In this document: one piece after another, positions 60,536 through 64,000 of the stretch
How positions within the stretch are numbered: the stretch's first letter is position 1
Layout: every line of letters begins with the position of its first letter
From: Dissulfurispiraceae bacterium
GTDB taxonomy: Bacteria; Nitrospirota; Thermodesulfovibrionia; Thermodesulfovibrionales; Dissulfurispiraceae
Assembly: GCA_052146665.1 (NCBI GenBank)
Contig: JBKQMP010000011.1
Coordinates: 351 to 64,350 of the forward strand
Direction: 5' to 3'
Length of the DNA: 64,000 nucleotides
Program-made: the position numbers and the translations under genes
The notes under the pieces: model-generated
Databases searched by the model: none
What the model was told of the DNA's origin: nothing
The model's input: the letters and a program-made list of their open reading frames with translations, nothing else

Positions 60536-61465
60536 TCAGAATTCCATGCTTAGATACCTGTCCCCGCCATCCGGAAACATGACCACGATTACGCCCTCCG
60601 TCACTTTTTCAGCCGTCCGGAGCGCCGCGGCCAGGGCAGCGCCCGATGAGTGGCCCACGAAGAGCCCTTCCTCCCTGATAATCCTCTTTGTCATGTCGTA
60701 AGCGGTTTCCGTATCAACGAAGAGGTGTTCATCCGGGAAGCCCATATTGAAGATGCCGGGAATAATCGCGCCTTCTCCCAAGAACTTTGTGCCCTCGATG
60801 CCGTGAAATGCGTCGTTGGGATGAACAGATATGACCTTTACTGTCGGACAAACCTCCCTGAGCGCCTTTCCCGCGCCCATGATCGTGCCGCCAGTTCCTA
60901 CGCAGGCCACGAAATGGGTCACGTAGCCTTGCGTCTGGCATACGATTTCGGGGCCGGTCGTCAGATAATGGGCCATCGCATTGGACGGATTGTTGAACTG
61001 GTCCGGTTGATAGTATCGATCGGGGTGCTCACGGACAATCTCCTTCGCCATCCGAATGGCGCCGTCCGCCCCTTCAAAGGGACTCGACAGTACCAGTTCG
61101 GCGCCGAAACTCGTCATGATTTTCTTACGTTCTGCGCTCGCGGTTTCTGGGATCACGATCTGAACGCGGTAACCTTTCACAGCGCCGATCATGGCATACG
61201 CGATGCCGGTGTTGCCGGATGTGGAATCAAGAATGATTTTGCCAGGAGTCAGAAGGCCCGCAGCTTCGGCCTCGCTAATCATGCGAAAAGCCGCGCGGTC
61301 CTTCACCGAACCTCCGGGGTTTCCGCGCTCCATTTTCGCAAAAACAGAAACCCGCGGACCAAGGTGGCGTGCAAGCTTCGTGATCTGGACTAACGGCGTT
61401 TGGCCGATGGTATCGAGCACGGATGAGAATGCCCGCGAGGATGATTCTTTAGAAGAAGGTCCCAT
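60536..61465 (-). CDS. PLP-dependent cysteine synthase (CysK/CysM family)
   Basis: NPGGSVKDRAA (PLP lysine), TSGNTG and GTGGT motifs, 309 aa. Confidence 0.9.
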   Translation of the reverse strand: MGPSSKESSSRAFSSVLDTIGQTPLVQITKLARHLGPRVSVFAKMERGNPGGSVKDRAAFRMISEAEAAGLLTPGKIILDSTSGNTGIAYAMIGAVKGYRVQIVIPETASAERKKIMTSFGAELVLSSPFEGADGAIRMAKEIVREHPDRYYQPDQFNNPSNAMAHYLTTGPEIVCQTQGYVTHFVACVGTGGTIMGAGKALREVCPTVKVISVHPNDAFHGIEGTKFLGEGAIIPGIFNMGFPDEHLFVDTETAYDMTKRIIREEGLFVGHSSGAALAAALRTAEKVTEGVIVVMFPDGGDRYLSMEF

Positions 61466-61974
61466 AGATTTACCCTATTATAACAGTAGTGATGAAATGA
61501 TATGAATTCGTTTTTCGGCGTTTAATGCACGGATGCCTGTCCTGGAATTGCCTTTTTTTAGAGGCAAAAAGATTTACTATTAACACTTTTTTGCTATAGC
61601 TTTCAATTGTCTTATCTTGCATACTTGTCTAGAAGATGCGACAGATATCCAGTACCGAGGATAGTGGATGTCTATGCCAATGTTATCTTAACGCTGCGCC
61701 TAAAATTCTTCGAGGACCTCTTGTTACCTGAGATACTTTTTAAAAATGAAAAACGTCAGGTTTCCGGCCTGTAGGACAAACACTGATAGCCAAGATCGTC
61801 ATCTCCCTACATTATTTTCAGATGACATCCTATTGCCAGGCAGTCGATTAACAATATATAATATATAGAAGAGAGCTAGCATTAAGAATCGAAGTTACAG
61901 AAGTCGTAAGGAAAAGCTGTATGGCTACTGGCTATTGAAAAAAGTGGCTTAACCGCCGGAGGAGGTGAAAAGTA

Positions 61975-62325
61975 ATGAAAAAGATGCTCACCGTTATCGT
62001 TGCGATGTGTTTCATAGTATCCGCCGTAATGGTTGCTGTTGCCGCCGAAAAATATTCTGTTAAAGGTCCGGTGTTGTCTGTCGACCCAGCAGGAAAGACA
62101 GTGACTGTGAAGGCCACTGAGCAAGTATCAGAAAAGGCTACCAACAGATGGAAGGGTGACGTAACATTTGTAACGGACAACATGACAAAAGTAATGATGG
62201 GAAAAAAGAGTAAGAACTTTGATGCTCTTAAGGCCGGCCAAGAGGTGAAAGTGGTTTTCCATGAGAAAGGCGACACAGTCGTTGCAGAGAAGATTATAAT
62301 CATTCCTCCGAAAAAAGGCATGTAG
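61975..62325 (+). CDS. Small secreted hypothetical protein
   Basis: GGAGGTGAAAAGTA precedes the ATG. Signal peptide MKKMLTVIVAMCFIVSAVMVAVAA. A strong terminator follows. Confidence 0.6.
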   Translation: MKKMLTVIVAMCFIVSAVMVAVAAEKYSVKGPVLSVDPAGKTVTVKATEQVSEKATNRWKGDVTFVTDNMTKVMMGKKSKNFDALKAGQEVKVVFHEKGDTVVAEKIIIIPPKKGM

Positions 62326-62357
62326 GATAGTCCTTCTCTGAAGCAATATCGCTGCGG

Positions 62358-62394
62358 AACAAGGCGCTGACACTGTGCAGCGCCTTGTTTTTTT
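62358..62394 (+). terminator. Rho-independent terminator
   Basis: AACAAGGCGCTG-loop-CAGCGCCTTGTT followed by a T-run, about 30 nt after the stop at 62325. Confidence 0.7.
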
Positions 62395-63002
62395 GTATGA
62401 AATCTCCTTTTTTTAGAGGCCTCTGCACCCTGCCCTCACAAATGCCCCGTATGAATTGAAGATGTTGATAGCAGAAAATTTAGGATTGAATGAAGCCACA
62501 TGAACGGCCTCAAAAGCCTGAGGTTTCAGGTGTCTGGCGCAGCTGGCATCGACTTTTGGCAGAGCACAATATGCCGGGGACACCAGCGCTTCGCAGGCTA
62601 AAGCTCGCTCCGGGCAGCTATTGATCCCGGGCTATAGGCCGCCATCTTCAGGTAGTCCCTATGAATTGACAGATTATTATTGGCATCCTGAGCCGCCATC
62701 CACCCTAATCGCCTCCGACAGACAAATATTGGGGGAGTTGATTCAAATCTTATCGGCCAGTTATTATCTAACGTTCTCTCATCATATCGACCGTTTCACA
62801 CAGTGCGACTCCACCCCTCATCAGCAGAACACCATTCTTTGCTATGATTTCGCCCTTTTCCTCCATAAAATGATTTGTCGTTAACAGGAGTAAATATACT
62901 CTTGATCCATTGACTGTCCCGATAGTTCGTGTTAGTCTCTAATTAAATGGACAGACAAGAACGTAATCACTCTGCTTCTAATTGATACAAAGGAGGGTGT
63001 AA

Positions 63003-63581
63003 ATGATGAGTAAAGCAATCATTACGGCATGCGCGGTTGCGGGACTGTTGGTCCTTCTTCTGACGTCCGCAACCTCATTCTCTTCAGAGAAAAAAACAAC
63101 TAGCGGGGAAGAAAATCTATTGGTCAGAGGGAAATATCTTGTGACGATCGGAGGATGTAATGATTGTCACAGCCCCAAGAAAATGACCCCGAACGGCCCC
63201 GTTGTTGATGAAGCGAGGATTCTGTCGGGACATCCAGCTGATGAAAAACTACCCGTCGTTCCGCCGGGTTTATTCGGCCCTGACAAATGGGGTGCTATAA
63301 CCAATAACAATTTGACCGCATGGGTCGGCCCGTGGGGGACAAGCTATGCATCCAATCTGACTCCTGACCGGGAGACAGGTATCGGAAACATGAACGAGGA
63401 GCTATTCGTCAAGATACTGCGTACCGGAAAGTTCATGGGTGGTACACGGGATATTCTGCCGCCAATGCCATGGCAGGAGATAAGGCTGCTTACAGATATG
63501 GATATCAAAGCGGTCTTCGCCTATCTCAAGAAAGTTAAACCGATCAGGAACCGGGTTCTTGCCGCCGAACCGCCTCAATAA
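63003..63581 (+). CDS. Secreted monohaem c-type cytochrome
   Basis: AGGAGGGTGTAA precedes the ATG. Signal peptide. A single CNDCH in GKYLVTIGGCNDCHSP context. A distal Met candidate lies in PPMPW. Confidence 0.7.
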   Translation: MMSKAIITACAVAGLLVLLLTSATSFSSEKKTTSGEENLLVRGKYLVTIGGCNDCHSPKKMTPNGPVVDEARILSGHPADEKLPVVPPGLFGPDKWGAITNNNLTAWVGPWGTSYASNLTPDRETGIGNMNEELFVKILRTGKFMGGTRDILPPMPWQEIRLLTDMDIKAVFAYLKKVKPIRNRVLAAEPPQ

Positions 63582-64000
63582 AAGCGAACGGTGCTTTTCG
63601 ACGAACGCAGAAAAAAGCCTGTTGAAAATTTCGAGAGGCTCTCAAATTTAGCAAATCAGAGTTCGTTTTTTAGCTCTTGATAGACTCTAATGTGACGGGA
63701 CAAGATTCCATTTAATAATGGCGGTAAAATGAAGATATCGAGGAGCAGGGTGAAAGTCGCATCCCTATATCGTCTCACCCGTTGTCCGGTGAAGGAAGGA
63801 TGATGGCGCAAAACTCCATCTTTTCTCCAGTTGCGTCTTTTGCCCCTCACTACTGTCCGCCTTTTTACTTGGTCCAGGAGTCAGCATTTTCAGGGAGTTG
63901 GAACTATTGCTGATTTCCAGAAGAAGTGAGGGATGGCTCTTAAGGCGTCCCGTTCATCCAACAGTCAGACAGGCCATGCGACGACTACGATTCTGGCCTC

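Noticed and set aside
1-64000. CRISPR arrays, rRNA genes, and intact IS elements or prophage genes
   Set aside because: Reading through the intergenic regions, I saw no regularly spaced direct repeats, no rRNA-like conserved stretches, and no full-length transposase, integrase or phage structural genes. Only the IS110 stub at 9556 is present.

Overview
This is a 64-kb chromosomal segment from a bacterium that looks anaerobic or microaerophilic. It uses code 11, with TGA, TAA and TAG all serving as stops in well-supported genes, and GGAGG-type ribosome-binding sites are common. GC content looks intermediate by eye. I can support about 50 protein-coding genes, one tRNA-Arg(CCT), one IS110 transposase remnant, and a few terminators and promoter-like sites. 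I found no rRNA, no CRISPR array and no intact mobile element. From about 17.3 kb to 54.2 kb nearly every credible gene is on the minus strand. Most of the content is housekeeping: PhoH2, uppP, an L,D-transpeptidase, a DinG-type helicase, two futalosine-pathway radical SAM enzymes, rtcA, panB, recJ, yajC-secD-secF, and a cysteine synthase with a JAMM protease. Four parts deserve attention. (1) A minus-strand operon encodes an octahaem HAO-family cytochrome followed by napA, napB and napD, with no quinol-dehydrogenase gene; a second HAO-family paralogue lies at 2.6 kb. (2) An Hnd/Bfu-type NuoE, [2Fe-2S] ferredoxin and extended NuoF set ends in a NuoG/FdhA-like molybdopterin-fold subunit that has Ser-Tyr where formate dehydrogenases have Sec/Cys-His. 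(3) Directly upstream and translationally coupled is a six-gene signalling cassette: sensor kinase, DRTGG, GHKL, DRTGG, PHP, GHKL. Its kinase has periplasmic haem-binding motifs and Asn in place of the phospho-accepting His. (4) An isolated nuoD-nuoI pair lies nearby. Smaller oddities are a TrxR-like flavoprotein lacking NADPH motifs, two unusual secreted proteins, a Cys-rich reading frame interrupted by an in-frame TGA, and several long gene-poor gaps. All functional calls rest on motif recognition by eye. No database search was run.
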